From Thermodesulfobacteriota bacterium (GTDB lineage: Bacteria > Desulfobacterota > WTBG01 > JAGOGO01), in the NCBI GenBank assembly GCA_026625185.1, contig CP113000.1:1035622-1067621 (forward strand): 32,000 bases of DNA, read 5' to 3'. The notes under the pieces were generated by a model that ran no database searches, was not told the DNA's origin, and was given only the letters and a program-made list of their open reading frames with translations. Each line of letters starts with the position of its first letter. Position 1 is the stretch's first letter. The translations under genes and the position numbers were made by a program. Below are positions 1 to 9,385 of this stretch, piece by piece.

Positions 1-2
1 CT

Positions 3-698
3 TCACTTTTAACGGAGCAAGAAGCGCTGAAAAAGGAAACACCCTCAGGTGCTGCGAAGTCATCTGAAGCGCTATCTCCACAGCCACAGCGAAACACGGC
101 CGCGAGCAAAATCGCCGAGAAAAAGGATGAGAACGCTCAGCCAATGTCTTATGCGCAGGGTAGGGAGGATAAAAAGCCCGGTAATGTACCGGTCCCAGCT
201 GGGGAAAATGCTCCGGTAATGGCTGAGGCAACGCCGGAAGACAAAAGTAAAAAAGAAGCAGCAGGACTGGCAAACGTACCTGTGCAAACCGAGGCCTCCC
301 GACAACGATTCCCTGAAGGGCAGCCGGAAGACTCGGAAAAAGCTGCCGTTTTTGCTGATAAAAAAGGAGTGGAAGAAGAACCGGAAACAACGGTTCTCAA
401 GGATAAAATAACCAGGCAGCGTGCCTGCGCGCAACTCATGCCTTGTATTATCGTAAGCGTCTCCGATACTGCCGCGGCTAAAAAGGTGGCTGAGGATATG
501 GTAAAACAACTCGACGGAAAAGCGATCGAGACCATCACCCAGGGAACCAGGGAAATTATAATTGCCGAACTGCCTTCCGAAAATATCAACGAGCTCTCCG
601 AAAAACTTCAAACTCTGGGCGAGATAAAAACCAATCCAGAGCTTTCCAAACTCCCGGAAGAAACCGTTCGTGTCCATATAGAAATTACCCCCCGATAA
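3..698 (+). CDS. hypothetical protein, C-terminal part (ORF open to the left window edge); E/K/P/A-rich linker followed by a compact C-terminal domain
   Basis: Frame 3 is open from nt 3 to the stop at 696-698. The listed ORF 144..698 is only its Met-initiated tail. Upstream translation (SLLTEQEALKKETPSGAAKSSEALSPQPQ...) keeps the same composition. The last ~80 aa (IIVSVSDTAAAKKVAEDMVKQLDGK...VRVHIEITPR) look like a folded domain. No family recognised. Confidence 0.5.
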   Translation, partial: SLLTEQEALKKETPSGAAKSSEALSPQPQRNTAASKIAEKKDENAQPMSYAQGREDKKPGNVPVPAGENAPVMAEATPEDKSKKEAAGLANVPVQTEASRQRFPEGQPEDSEKAAVFADKKGVEEEPETTVLKDKITRQRACAQLMPCIIVSVSDTAAAKKVAEDMVKQLDGKAIETITQGTREIIIAELPSENINELSEKLQTLGEIKTNPELSKLPEETVRVHIEITPR

Positions 699-783
699 CC
701 GTCCCCGAATCCGGGAAATCAAAAATTCCTTTCCCGCATTCGTGTCGTTTTCCTCTCATCTTAACTTTCCCCACATGAAAAGT

Positions 784-941
784 GAAGTGTAAAACGTAAG
801 ATGTTAAAACACTTCGCGCTTCACGCGCTCACGTTTTACGAAATATAATCTTCGCTCCCTGCTCTAGGCTCGTCGTACCCAATTCAGAAAGTGAGAAGTT
901 AAGAAATTATGAGGTTAGGGAGCTCCCATTTTCTTAACTTC
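784..941. repeat. cluster of nested inverted repeats and palindromes in the intergenic region upstream of the VIT/VWA gene
   Basis: GAAGTGT 784-790 / ACACTTC 809-815. GTAAAACGT 789-797 / ACGTTTTAC 831-839 (9/9). GCGC 816-819 / GCGC 825-828. GAAGTTAAGAAA 895-906 / TTTCTTAACTTC 930-941 (12/12), enclosing the perfect palindrome GGGAGCTCCC 918-927. Confidence 0.5.
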
Positions 942-1183
942 GCATCTTCCTAACTTCCAATTTTTACGATGTCATCAATTTTTCGGGAACATTTTTAAAA
1001 CCTCCTGTGTCTCAAGGGACAGAAACCCTAATAATACCAAGTTGCATTCAAAAGCAGATCGAGGCGACGACGAGGAATCGACACAGGTGTACATTTTAGT
1101 GCGTCGAGGAGTGTGACGAGGAGATAACAAAGATATGCAAATGAAAAAGACTTGGTATAAACCCAAAACCAAGGAGGTAAGAC

Positions 1184-3484
1184 ATGAAACAACTAAAACG
1201 ATTCTTATTATCTTTAATCATTACGGCGTTTATTCTACCCTTCGGCGCTCTCGCCCGCGCCCAGGAAAACGAAAATTCCGATCGTACTCTTTCTCCCTAT
1301 TTCTTTGTCAAAAGTGACGACGCCGGTACGGACCAGCTTCCGCTCAAAGCCACTTCAGCGAAGGTAAATATCGCCGGGGTTATCGCTGACGTGCTGGTCA
1401 CGCAGGTTTATAAAAATGATGGGAAAAAATCTTTGGAGGCGATCTACATCTTTCCTGCGTCCACTAGGGCCGCGGTATACGGAATGACAATGACCATCGG
1501 TGAGCGGGTGATTGCGGCAAAAATCGATAAACGCGATGCCGCCCGCAAACAGTACGAACAGGCGCGGGATTCGGGCAGAAGCGCGTCTCTGCTGGAACAG
1601 CAACGGCCCAATGTCTTCCAGATGAACGTTGCCAACATCATGCCCGGCGATGAAATCAAAGTCGAGCTTACTTATACCGAATTACTTGTTCCCACTGACG
1701 GCATATATGAATTTGTTTATCCGATGGTGGTCGGGCCGCGCTACACGAATCAATCGAAGGATAACGCTCCCGCTTCGGAGCATTGGGTGCAAAACCCCTA
1801 CCAGCATCAGGGCAACGCCCCGAGCTATTTCTTTGATATCAACGCGACAGTCTCTGCCGGGCTTCCCATTCAGGAACTGACCTGCTCTTCCCACAAAATA
1901 AAAGCAAAATATGACGGTCTTTCAATCGCCCGCATCGCGCTGGACCCTGCGGAAACAAATGGCGGCAACCGCGACTATATTCTGCGGTACCGTCTTGCCG
2001 GAAACAAAATCCAGTCCGGTCTCCTTCTCTATGAAGGAGAAAAAGAAAACTTCTTTTTGCTCATGATGCAGCCGCCCAGGCGGATAAGCGCGGCGAACAT
2101 TCCCGGCCGGGAATATATCTTCATCGTTGATGTCTCCGGCTCCATGTATGGATTTCCTCTTGATATCTCCAAAAAACTTTTAAAAGACTTGATCAGTAAC
2201 CTGCGCGCTTCCGACCGCTTTAACGTCCTTCTTTTTGCCGGCGGATCATCTGTCCTGTCGGAGAAGTCGTTGCCCGCGACCGCGGATAACATTGCCAGCG
2301 CCATTACGTTTATCGAAAGCCAGCAGGGTGGAGGCGGCACCGAGCTTCTTCCCGCGCTCAAACGCGCGCTCGCGCTGAAACGCGCCGAGAACTTTTCCCG
2401 AACTGTGGTGATTGCCACTGACGGATACGTGACCGTTGAGGAACAAGCGTTTGACCTTATCCGTAACAACCTGCATGACGCCAACATGTTTGCCTTGGGC
2501 ATCGGCTCCAGTGTAAATCGCCACCTTATTGAAGGGATGGCCCATGTGGGCATGGGCGAGCCGTTTGTGGTCGCCAAGCCTGAAGAAGCTTCAGCAGTCG
2601 TGCAAAAATGCCGCGCCATGATTCAGTCCCCCGTTTTAACCCGGGGAAAAGTTGAATTTGAGGGATTCGACACCTACGATGTTGAACCGCCCTCTATCCC
2701 TGATGTGCTGGCGGAACGCCCGGTCATCGTGTTCGGAAAATGGCGTGGCCATGCCCAGGGCAAAATAAAATTAAGCGGCATTACCGGCGAAACCGCTTAC
2801 TCTGAAACCATCAAAGTAACTGACACGGCCCCTTCCAATAACAATGCCGCATTGCGTTATCTCTGGGCCCGGCACCGGATCACCCTGCTTTCGGACTACA
2901 ACATGCTTCGCGAAGATGACAAACGAGTTAAAGAGGTCACTGACTTTGGGCTTAAGTATAATCTTTTGACCGCCTACACCTCATTTGTTGCCATTGATAA
3001 TGAAGTGCGAAACAAGGACGGGAAGCCGACTACGGTCAAACAGCCCCTTCCGCTTCCTCAGGGTGTTTCCGACTATGCGGTGGGAGGCTGTATGGCAATG
3101 CAGAAAGTCGCGTCCGCGCCTTGTCTGGAAAGAGCAGTTTTGAAAGATGAACTCAAAGATAAAAAATCACAAGCACGGACCATCAGGGTGGAAGGCATCA
3201 CTGCTGTCAAAGGCATGACCGAAGCCGACATCAGGACCGTAGCGGAAAGTCACCTCGACGAACTCAAAGATTGCGTGATTGCTTTCGGAGGAAAGGAAAA
3301 GATCACGCTCTTCATCGCAATCAACCCCGATGGAACAGTGAAAACAGTATCAATCGCCACAGGCACAAAAACAAAAAATATTGATACGCAGTGTCTCATG
3401 AAAAAGATGAAAACGTGGCAATTCCCTGCCAACAAAAAAGGCAATGAAGTGTCAACGACCATCACCCTCGTGTTTGAGTCATAG
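1184..3484 (+). CDS. secreted VIT domain + von Willebrand factor A (VWA) domain protein with an AgmX/PglI-type (TonB-C-like) C-terminal domain
   Basis: SD AAGGAGG lies 7 nt upstream of ATG 1184. Signal peptide MKQLKRFLLSLIITAFILPFGALARAQE. VIT-like N-terminus (LPLKATSAKVNIAGVIADVLVTQVYKN...IYIFPASTRAAVYGMTMTIGERVI). VWA MIDAS motif in FIVDVSGSMYG. The C-terminal ~90 aa (CVIAFGG..ITLFIAINPDGTV..QCLMKKMKTWQFP) resemble the AgmX/PglI C-terminal domain. Confidence 0.9.
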   Translation: MKQLKRFLLSLIITAFILPFGALARAQENENSDRTLSPYFFVKSDDAGTDQLPLKATSAKVNIAGVIADVLVTQVYKNDGKKSLEAIYIFPASTRAAVYGMTMTIGERVIAAKIDKRDAARKQYEQARDSGRSASLLEQQRPNVFQMNVANIMPGDEIKVELTYTELLVPTDGIYEFVYPMVVGPRYTNQSKDNAPASEHWVQNPYQHQGNAPSYFFDINATVSAGLPIQELTCSSHKIKAKYDGLSIARIALDPAETNGGNRDYILRYRLAGNKIQSGLLLYEGEKENFFLLMMQPPRRISAANIPGREYIFIVDVSGSMYGFPLDISKKLLKDLISNLRASDRFNVLLFAGGSSVLSEKSLPATADNIASAITFIESQQGGGGTELLPALKRALALKRAENFSRTVVIATDGYVTVEEQAFDLIRNNLHDANMFALGIGSSVNRHLIEGMAHVGMGEPFVVAKPEEASAVVQKCRAMIQSPVLTRGKVEFEGFDTYDVEPPSIPDVLAERPVIVFGKWRGHAQGKIKLSGITGETAYSETIKVTDTAPSNNNAALRYLWARHRITLLSDYNMLREDDKRVKEVTDFGLKYNLLTAYTSFVAIDNEVRNKDGKPTTVKQPLPLPQGVSDYAVGGCMAMQKVASAPCLERAVLKDELKDKKSQARTIRVEGITAVKGMTEADIRTVAESHLDELKDCVIAFGGKEKITLFIAINPDGTVKTVSIATGTKTKNIDTQCLMKKMKTWQFPANKKGNEVSTTITLVFES

Positions 3485-3560
3485 AAATCCCTGGCCCGGT
3501 TGCGAAGAGTTGCGAATGCCTTTCTCCGCAATCGGGCTACCCATTTTCGATAACAATCGT

Positions 3561-3582
3561 AACCCCTTCGTCCGGGTTTTTT
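3561..3582 (+). terminator. weak intrinsic terminator after the VWA gene
   Basis: AACCC 3561-3565 / GGGTT 3574-3578 with an 8-nt loop, followed by a T-run to 3582. Confidence 0.4.
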
Positions 3583-3637
3583 ACCAACCCCCCCTTTCGC
3601 CATATCTGAACAACCAGCCAAAGATTACTATTTTTTA

Positions 3638-3804
3638 TTGACATTTCCCTTGGTTAGTCTTAAAAAGATAAAAAAATATCAAACCCCAAAAAAGTTAATC
3701 GCGGGACAGAAAAAAAAGAGTATCTCATGGGAATGGTTTTCACGATTGAGGAGAAAAAATAAGGCCGAATTGCCAGGTAAAAAACTGGTGGTCCTTTTTA
3801 TTTT
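3638..3804 (+). ncRNA. unit X1: sigma70-like promoter plus ~140-nt transcribed leader or sRNA ending in a conserved terminator-like hairpin, upstream of the GalT-family gene
   Basis: TTGACA 3638-3643, 17-nt spacer, TAAAAA 3661-3666. The 17-mer AATAAGGCCGAATTGCC 3758-3774 is identical to 22500-22516 and forms the 5' arm of a hairpin (..TTGCCAG / CTGGTGG..). A T-run follows at 3795-3804. Confidence 0.35.
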
Positions 3805-3943
3805 GCGAAGGGATTGACTGCAAAATCCTAATTTTTTCATAAAGCCCAGTAATGATATGATAGCAAATGAATAACCTTTTTTCGACCCCCATCATGGAGA
3901 GGGATCGGAAGATGGAACGCGATACATTTCGCAGGAGATAGCT

Positions 3944-4945
3944 ATGCCTCAATTAAGACAAGATCCCACAACGAAAGAGTGGGTTATCATTGCTGCAGAG
4001 CGTTCAAAGCGACCCCACGATTTTATAAAAGCGAAGACTTTGATCGAAAAACCCCCCTATAAAGAAGACTGCCCCTTCTGTCAGGGAAATGAGCATCTCA
4101 CACCTCATGAGTCTCTTGCCTATCGAAGCGGGGGTCTGGCAGACAGTAAAGGATGGTGGGTAAGGGTCATTCCTAATAAATTCCCCGCCCTCTCCCCAGA
4201 GGGGAGCTTGGAGAGAGAAGAGACGTGGTTTTTCAGGATGATGGATGGAGTGGGAATCCATGAAGTGGTGATCGAAAGCCCCATCCATAACCAACTCCTT
4301 CCCCTGATGGAGGATAAACAGGTGGAGGAGGTCCTTCTCGCCTATCGTGAAAGGTATCTCGCATTAAGAGAAGACCCCAGAATCAAATTGATCATCGTCT
4401 TTAAAAACCATGGGGAGGCCGCTGGGACATCACTGGACCACACCCATTCCCAACTCGTTGGAACTACGGTCGTCCCATCCAATATTCGAAAAAAATTAGA
4501 AGAGGCAGCTCGATATTATGATGACCACGGGAGGTGTGTCTATTGCGATTCAATTAAAGAGGAACTTAAGTTGGGGAAGAGGATCGTGATGGATACCGAG
4601 AGATTTATTGTCCTCCAATCCTTTGCATCCCGATCTCCCTTTGAGACCTGGATCATTCCCAAAGAGCATCAGGCCTCTTTCGGTTTAATCTCCATGGAGG
4701 ATTCAAAGAGGTTTGCAAAGGTCTTAAAGACAACCTTATTTAAACTCTATTCCAAGCTGAACAATCCCGATTACAACTATGTCATCCATACCGCCCCCAT
4801 TAAGGATGAGCAAGAAGATTACTACCATTGGCATCTTCAGATTATCCCAAGACTGACTACCCCCGCTGGATTTGAAATGGGATCCGGCATTTATATCAAC
4901 GTTTCCTTTCCCGAGGAGACGGCTCAATTCCTGAGGGAAGATTAA
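3944..4945 (+). CDS. galT: galactose-1-phosphate uridylyltransferase family enzyme (HIT superfamily, GalT-like nucleotidyltransferase)
   Basis: N-terminal zinc motif CPFCQGNE, HEVVIESP, and the HIT/GalT active-site H-x-H-x-Q in LDHTHSQL. At 333 aa it is typical of type-1 GalT. The substrate (UDP-hexose or ADP-glucose phosphorylase-like) cannot be decided from sequence. Confidence 0.8.
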   Translation: MPQLRQDPTTKEWVIIAAERSKRPHDFIKAKTLIEKPPYKEDCPFCQGNEHLTPHESLAYRSGGLADSKGWWVRVIPNKFPALSPEGSLEREETWFFRMMDGVGIHEVVIESPIHNQLLPLMEDKQVEEVLLAYRERYLALREDPRIKLIIVFKNHGEAAGTSLDHTHSQLVGTTVVPSNIRKKLEEAARYYDDHGRCVYCDSIKEELKLGKRIVMDTERFIVLQSFASRSPFETWIIPKEHQASFGLISMEDSKRFAKVLKTTLFKLYSKLNNPDYNYVIHTAPIKDEQEDYYHWHLQIIPRLTTPAGFEMGSGIYINVSFPEETAQFLRED

Positions 4946-5179
4946 TTGCAGAAGATTGTAGAAAAAGGAATGCGAATGCGATTTCGACAACGCAACGGAT
5001 TGAAAATCAAAGAGCTTTGTGTTTACCAGAAGCTGTCAAAATTGGGCTTGGATCACGGGTTTTTCAGGGTGCCCCGATGGATTAGGTCTGATTTGAATGT
5101 AAGCGAAGTCATTGGAGCCCCTGAGAAGAGTGAGAGGAAGTGAAGATGACATAGGAGCCTCCCTCCGAGGTTTTTTATT

Positions 5180-5917
5180 TTAAACTCCCAGCAATCTTGT
5201 GATCACAAAAATCAGCAGAAACCCCAAAAGTGTAAATGCAATGGAAACCAGCGGGTCGCTCTTTTCATGAGCTTGTGGAAGCAGATCTGAGGATCCCAAA
5301 TACAGGAATCCACCGGCAAAGAACGGCAGTAACAATATGAGATAATTCTCGGGAATTCTGATAACCAGGGTGAATAATACACCAAGAACGGGAGCAATGG
5401 CATCCACAAGGAGCATCTTAAGGGAAGACCTCAAAGAATTTCCTGAGCTTAGCATGACCGTTACCGTATTAAGGCCGTCTGAAAAATCATGTGCTATGAC
5501 TGCAAATGCCACTATTATTCCAACATGGAATTCCAACTGGAATCCTATTCCGATTGCCAATCCGTCCATAAAGCTGTGAGCAGAGAGCTCCGCAGCCCCG
5601 AAAAACCCTCCTCTCTGGTGATGCACATTGGTGCATGTCCCGTCGGGAATGCATACCTTGTGAACTGAAAAATATCGTTCGAGTATTAGGAGAAATATGA
5701 AACCGACAGCGGTTACATACATCACCTGCTCAAGTGGTATACCGGCAGTCGTAGCCAGTCTGAAGGCCTCTGGAAGCAGATCGAAAAGTGACACTGCTAT
5801 AAGAACCCCGGCTGCAAAGGCTGCAAGTATCCCAAATCTCTTCCAGCAGTGGACAGCAAACAACCCGCCAACCAGTGTGGAAACAAATGTGAGCGTGCCG
5901 AAAATGATTGGAAACAT
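5180..5917 (-). CDS. ZIP family divalent metal (Zn/Fe) transporter
   Basis: Polytopic hydrophobic profile and ZIP signature motifs HSFMDGLAIG and AHDFSDGL. I prefer ATG 5917 (MFPIIFGTL, TM1 starts at once) over the upstream TTG at 5962 used by the ORF track. Confidence 0.85.
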   Translation of the reverse strand: MFPIIFGTLTFVSTLVGGLFAVHCWKRFGILAAFAAGVLIAVSLFDLLPEAFRLATTAGIPLEQVMYVTAVGFIFLLILERYFSVHKVCIPDGTCTNVHHQRGGFFGAAELSAHSFMDGLAIGIGFQLEFHVGIIVAFAVIAHDFSDGLNTVTVMLSSGNSLRSSLKMLLVDAIAPVLGVLFTLVIRIPENYLILLLPFFAGGFLYLGSSDLLPQAHEKSDPLVSIAFTLLGFLLIFVITRLLGV

Positions 5918-6402
5918 ATTCCTCACTTCCTTTTGCTGGTGGCAATCAATATTTCGTTCCAACTGCTATAACGTTGGATAGCATTATAGTATATAAAAAG
6001 GTCCCCTGACAATATTGTTTATTACATTGGGAGCCGCTTAATCTGGAGTTGGGCCTGTTAGCGGAATCTACCCTTCAACGTGATCTGTAAATAAACCATG
6101 TGCTTCTCTTTATTCTACATATGTCCTTGCCTCCCCAAGCCGGAATCCCATCACCATGAAATTTTTTCGTCAGGAAAACACAACAGGTCATGTTTGAACT
6201 CATTTCCTTCCCAAATAGGAGGACAAAAAGCGAGGGGACGACTAACGAACTACTAACGGTACTCTATTGGGAACTTTAACTTTCAAATAATACCGGCTAA
6301 AAAGAGTTGATGAAACGTGCCATTTTTCAACAATGTTAACCTTTATCTTTCTTTTCCAGGGGATACCAGTGGGGGGGGGTTAAAGGAGTAAAACGAGCGT
6401 AT

Positions 6403-7125
6403 TCATTTTAAAGCTTCTACTCCTCTGAGGACATCCTCAAAGCGGTGTGCAACATAGTCGGGGGTTACATTCTCATGGTATTTTTCTCCCTGGTTAGAGT
6501 CGAAGAAGATGGTCTTGATGCCAAGCCGGCTTGCCCCAAAAATGTCCCGGTACATGTCGTTACCCACGCAGATCACCTCGGCCGGCATGAGCTTCATGTT
6601 CTCAAGAGCCTTTTCAATGAGCCTCCGGTCAGGTTTCCTGAATCCGTAATGAGCAGAAATGATGATGGGGTCGAAGTAGCCGGCCAGTCCTACGGCCTTT
6701 ATCTCCGGGAGGGCGTAACCGGGCTGGGCATCGGAAATGAGGGCCATGCAGTAGGCAGAGCGCAGCTCATCAAGCACCTTCTTCACATCAGGGTAAAGCT
6801 GGAGACGTTTTCGGGAGATGCCCCGGTAGATCTGGGCGAGGATCGTGGATAGTTTCCGCCTGGTGGGAGCGGCCTTTATGCCTTGCTGTCTGAGGAAGGT
6901 GTTCCAGATGGCCTCTACGTCTATTTCCGGGTATTCCTCACCGCGAATTTCTTTTTGCTGTTTCATGATCTGGTAGTAACGGTCCCGCACCTCCCATCGG
7001 TGCAGGTATATCCCCTGGTAGGTCAGATAATGGGCGATGCCGCGGTATATCTCTTCCATGGACTCATCGGTCTCGATATCGATTAAGGTTCCGTAGAGAT
7101 CAAACAGGATTGTTTTTATTGTCAT
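6403..7125 (-). CDS. HAD-superfamily hydrolase/phosphatase
   Basis: Motif I ILFDLYGTLIDIE at the N-terminus and distal motif VGNDMYRDI. It starts 7 nt downstream of the kinase gene on the same strand, so the two are probably an operon. Confidence 0.85.
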   Translation of the reverse strand: MTIKTILFDLYGTLIDIETDESMEEIYRGIAHYLTYQGIYLHRWEVRDRYYQIMKQQKEIRGEEYPEIDVEAIWNTFLRQQGIKAAPTRRKLSTILAQIYRGISRKRLQLYPDVKKVLDELRSAYCMALISDAQPGYALPEIKAVGLAGYFDPIIISAHYGFRKPDRRLIEKALENMKLMPAEVICVGNDMYRDIFGASRLGIKTIFFDSNQGEKYHENVTPDYVAHRFEDVLRGVEALK

Positions 7126-7132
7126 AGTACAT

Positions 7133-8164
7133 TTACCTCAACGTTTTCCTTGCTTCATCTAATAACTGGCGGCGGTAATTACCGGTAATCCACGAATTAC
7201 GCGCGATGCGCAGCAAAGTCATCCCCATGTGAAACGGAACGCGCCGTTTTATGGCCCGAAAGGCGCTGCTCCGGTCGGGGAAGTGGGTGGCATACTCCCA
7301 GAGGAAATGCCCGATAAAGGGTTCCGCCAACCATTTGTCGCCGGTGTACTGCATGAAGAAATGCTTGACCTCGGCGGCTACTCGTCCCACGTCGAAGACC
7401 CGGTCAGCCGCCTTCATGCGCTCTAGGTCGATGGCGATCACCCATGGGCCGTCACCGAAAAGGATATTGGTGGGGGTCACGTCGCCGTGGACGAGGACCC
7501 TGTTGTCCTCCCACATAAATCCCTTTTCCCGCCACCGTTCCTTCAGTCGGTGGAAATCCTCGGATTCATCCCATCCAATGTGTCCACAGTTTTTTAGCTG
7601 ATCCATAATCTTGTCGAAGTAGGAGCAGTCCCGGTTAAAATCTACCCGCTCTCCGGTGGAGGTTCGGTTGTGCATGGTGGCGAGAAAATAGGCGAGGGCA
7701 CTGAGTTTTTGAAAGAGGGCATCCCTCGCGCCTTCCCTGATCGCCTTAATGATGAAGGCGGTGAAAGGCGTACCGTAACAGAACTCCTCAACCAGAACAC
7801 AGTTTAAATCAGTATTGCGGCCGAGAGGGCGGGGGATGTAATGGGGAAAGCCGGCAAAACCGATCCTGCGCAACTGATGAAGATTGTTGAATTCCTGCTC
7901 CATGTGGTGAAAGGCAGCCTCCGGTGAGCGGTCTGAGATGCCAGAGAAAAACTTTCCGATGACAAGCGTTCGGCTGTTGCGGTCTTCGTAGAGGAAAACG
8001 TGGTTGGATGCTTTAATCGTATACACCCGGAAGTCGGGGGAGCTACCGTTGAGACCGAGTTGAGGGAGGATGTCGTAGCGCAGATACCCGTAAAACGGAT
8101 CTTTTTTGGAAAGGTGTCCAAGATATTTCATGAAAGCTCTATTCTTTTTTCGTGCTGTATCCAA
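7133..8164 (-). CDS. phosphotransferase-family kinase (aminoglycoside/choline-kinase-like fold), substrate unknown
   Basis: Catalytic loop HGDVTPTNILF and downstream metal-binding IDLE motif, typical of APH/ChoK-like kinases; 343 aa. Confidence 0.75.
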   Translation of the reverse strand: MDTARKKNRAFMKYLGHLSKKDPFYGYLRYDILPQLGLNGSSPDFRVYTIKASNHVFLYEDRNSRTLVIGKFFSGISDRSPEAAFHHMEQEFNNLHQLRRIGFAGFPHYIPRPLGRNTDLNCVLVEEFCYGTPFTAFIIKAIREGARDALFQKLSALAYFLATMHNRTSTGERVDFNRDCSYFDKIMDQLKNCGHIGWDESEDFHRLKERWREKGFMWEDNRVLVHGDVTPTNILFGDGPWVIAIDLERMKAADRVFDVGRVAAEVKHFFMQYTGDKWLAEPFIGHFLWEYATHFPDRSSAFRAIKRRVPFHMGMTLLRIARNSWITGNYRRQLLDEARKTLR

Positions 8165-8737
8165 TGATGAAGTCTTTTGGATAGGAGAAGTATAAAGAAA
8201 GTGGTCTTGTATGTCAACAATTTATGGGTAATATACAACATCAAGTGATAAACCATGAAAAAAATAGCCAGCACGAAATCCTTCTCGGGAAATCCGTGTC
8301 GGTCACTTGGGTGCCAAAATTTATATTTTAATACTCAAACGAGGTATCTCACCACAATAAATCAAGCACTTAGGGGAGGGGATGAAAGGCAATACAAAGA
8401 AAAGGAGCAATAATCAATTTGGGTACTAAAATATGTAAACCATTATCTCGAGACCCCGAAGAAAAAAACCGAAATCCCAACTACTACCAAAACAATATCA
8501 AGCTGGCTGAAGTCATAGAGGGGGTATCTGGACCAAAATAATTCTTTATTGAAAAAACTCCCAAGTTAATTTTTCGACCCGAGAGAAGTCCCTGAATGCC
8601 GTTTAGTATATAAAGAAAAATCAAAAACCAACTTACTTTTGGAATCTTTTTTGGCATGTTTTCGGCATGAGGACCTTAAGTTAAAAAGCTCCGATTATTT
8701 ACTCCCTATTTAAAGCCCTGGACAAATTCACTTCTGA

Positions 8738-9217
8738 TTACGGAAGCCCAGGCAATTTGGGTTTGCTTCCCTTCATCATTTCCTCGGCACCTTTTCCCAT
8801 CAGTTTTTCCTTCCCCTGTTCCATCACCCCCGGTTTATTCTCTGCTGCCGCAGGTCCATTCTTGATGGAAACCAAATTTAGTTCGCTACCAACTTGTTTA
8901 GCTACGACTGTTACATTCAAGGTACTATCTGATTTTTTTAAAAACTCGGCCACCTTAGCACTACTTTCCTTATCGAACTTCATGAGGAGCTTTTCATTCG
9001 TGTATATTGCATATCCACTGGCAGCGCAAGCGGGCATCATCGCACATTCCTTCTGGTGGGTCTTGATAAAAGTAGACAAGTTGGCTTTGTTGGCCTCAGC
9101 ACACTTATTGTCAATAACGGTACCTTTGAGAGTAATATTCTCTTGAGCAAAGATTGATAGGCTGAAAGATAGAACAAAAAATGTGGCGCACAAAATTGTC
9201 AAAATACTTTTTCTCAT
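8738..9217 (-). CDS. secreted hypothetical protein with a Cys motif
   Basis: ATG 9217 is preceded by AAAGGAG. Signal peptide MRKSILTILCATFFVLSFSLSIFAQE. Cys pattern NKCAE...HQKECAMMPACAASGY. No family recognised. Confidence 0.6.
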   Translation of the reverse strand: MRKSILTILCATFFVLSFSLSIFAQENITLKGTVIDNKCAEANKANLSTFIKTHQKECAMMPACAASGYAIYTNEKLLMKFDKESSAKVAEFLKKSDSTLNVTVVAKQVGSELNLVSIKNGPAAAENKPGVMEQGKEKLMGKGAEEMMKGSKPKLPGLP

Positions 9218-9385
9218 CGTAATCTCCTTTCTGATCCGGAATAAATGCATTGTGGATCAATTGGTTGTTAAAAACATTTGTTAAGAGGTAATCAATTTTT
9301 GCCTAATCTTTTTGTTTTTAAATATTTTCCCACTATTTACTTTAAGCCCTAAAAATCATTTATTTTTTAAAACTCAATCAGCCCC

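Noticed and set aside
72-722. 216-aa minus-strand ORF (and the 146-aa ORF 149..589) overlapping the edge ORF
   Set aside because: It is antisense to a frame that is open to the window edge. The translation is low-complexity (F/R/G/L-rich) with no recognisable motif and no SD. It is most likely a shadow ORF of the plus-strand gene.
1355-3621. Multiple 70-196-aa minus-strand ORFs inside the VWA gene; the same applies to antisense or alternative-frame ORFs inside the mgtA, gyrA, kinase, TM-helix-repeat and histidine kinase genes
   Set aside because: All are fully nested in long ORFs with strong domain evidence on the opposite strand or in another frame. They are typical shadow ORFs.
6009-6018. 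Perfect 10-bp palindrome ACAATATTGT upstream of the ZIP transporter gene, considered as a Zur/Fur box
   Set aside because: It is too short, and its half-sites do not match the Zur/Fur consensus arrangement. It could arise by chance in AT-rich DNA.
8484-8657. 57-aa minus-strand ORF (MPKKIPKVSWFLIFLYILNGIQGLLSG...) ending in tandem TAG TAG, with a further hydrophobic open stretch after the stops
   Set aside because: It has no SD and no recognisable family. It could be a decayed membrane-protein gene, but nothing supports calling it. UAG recoding is pure speculation.
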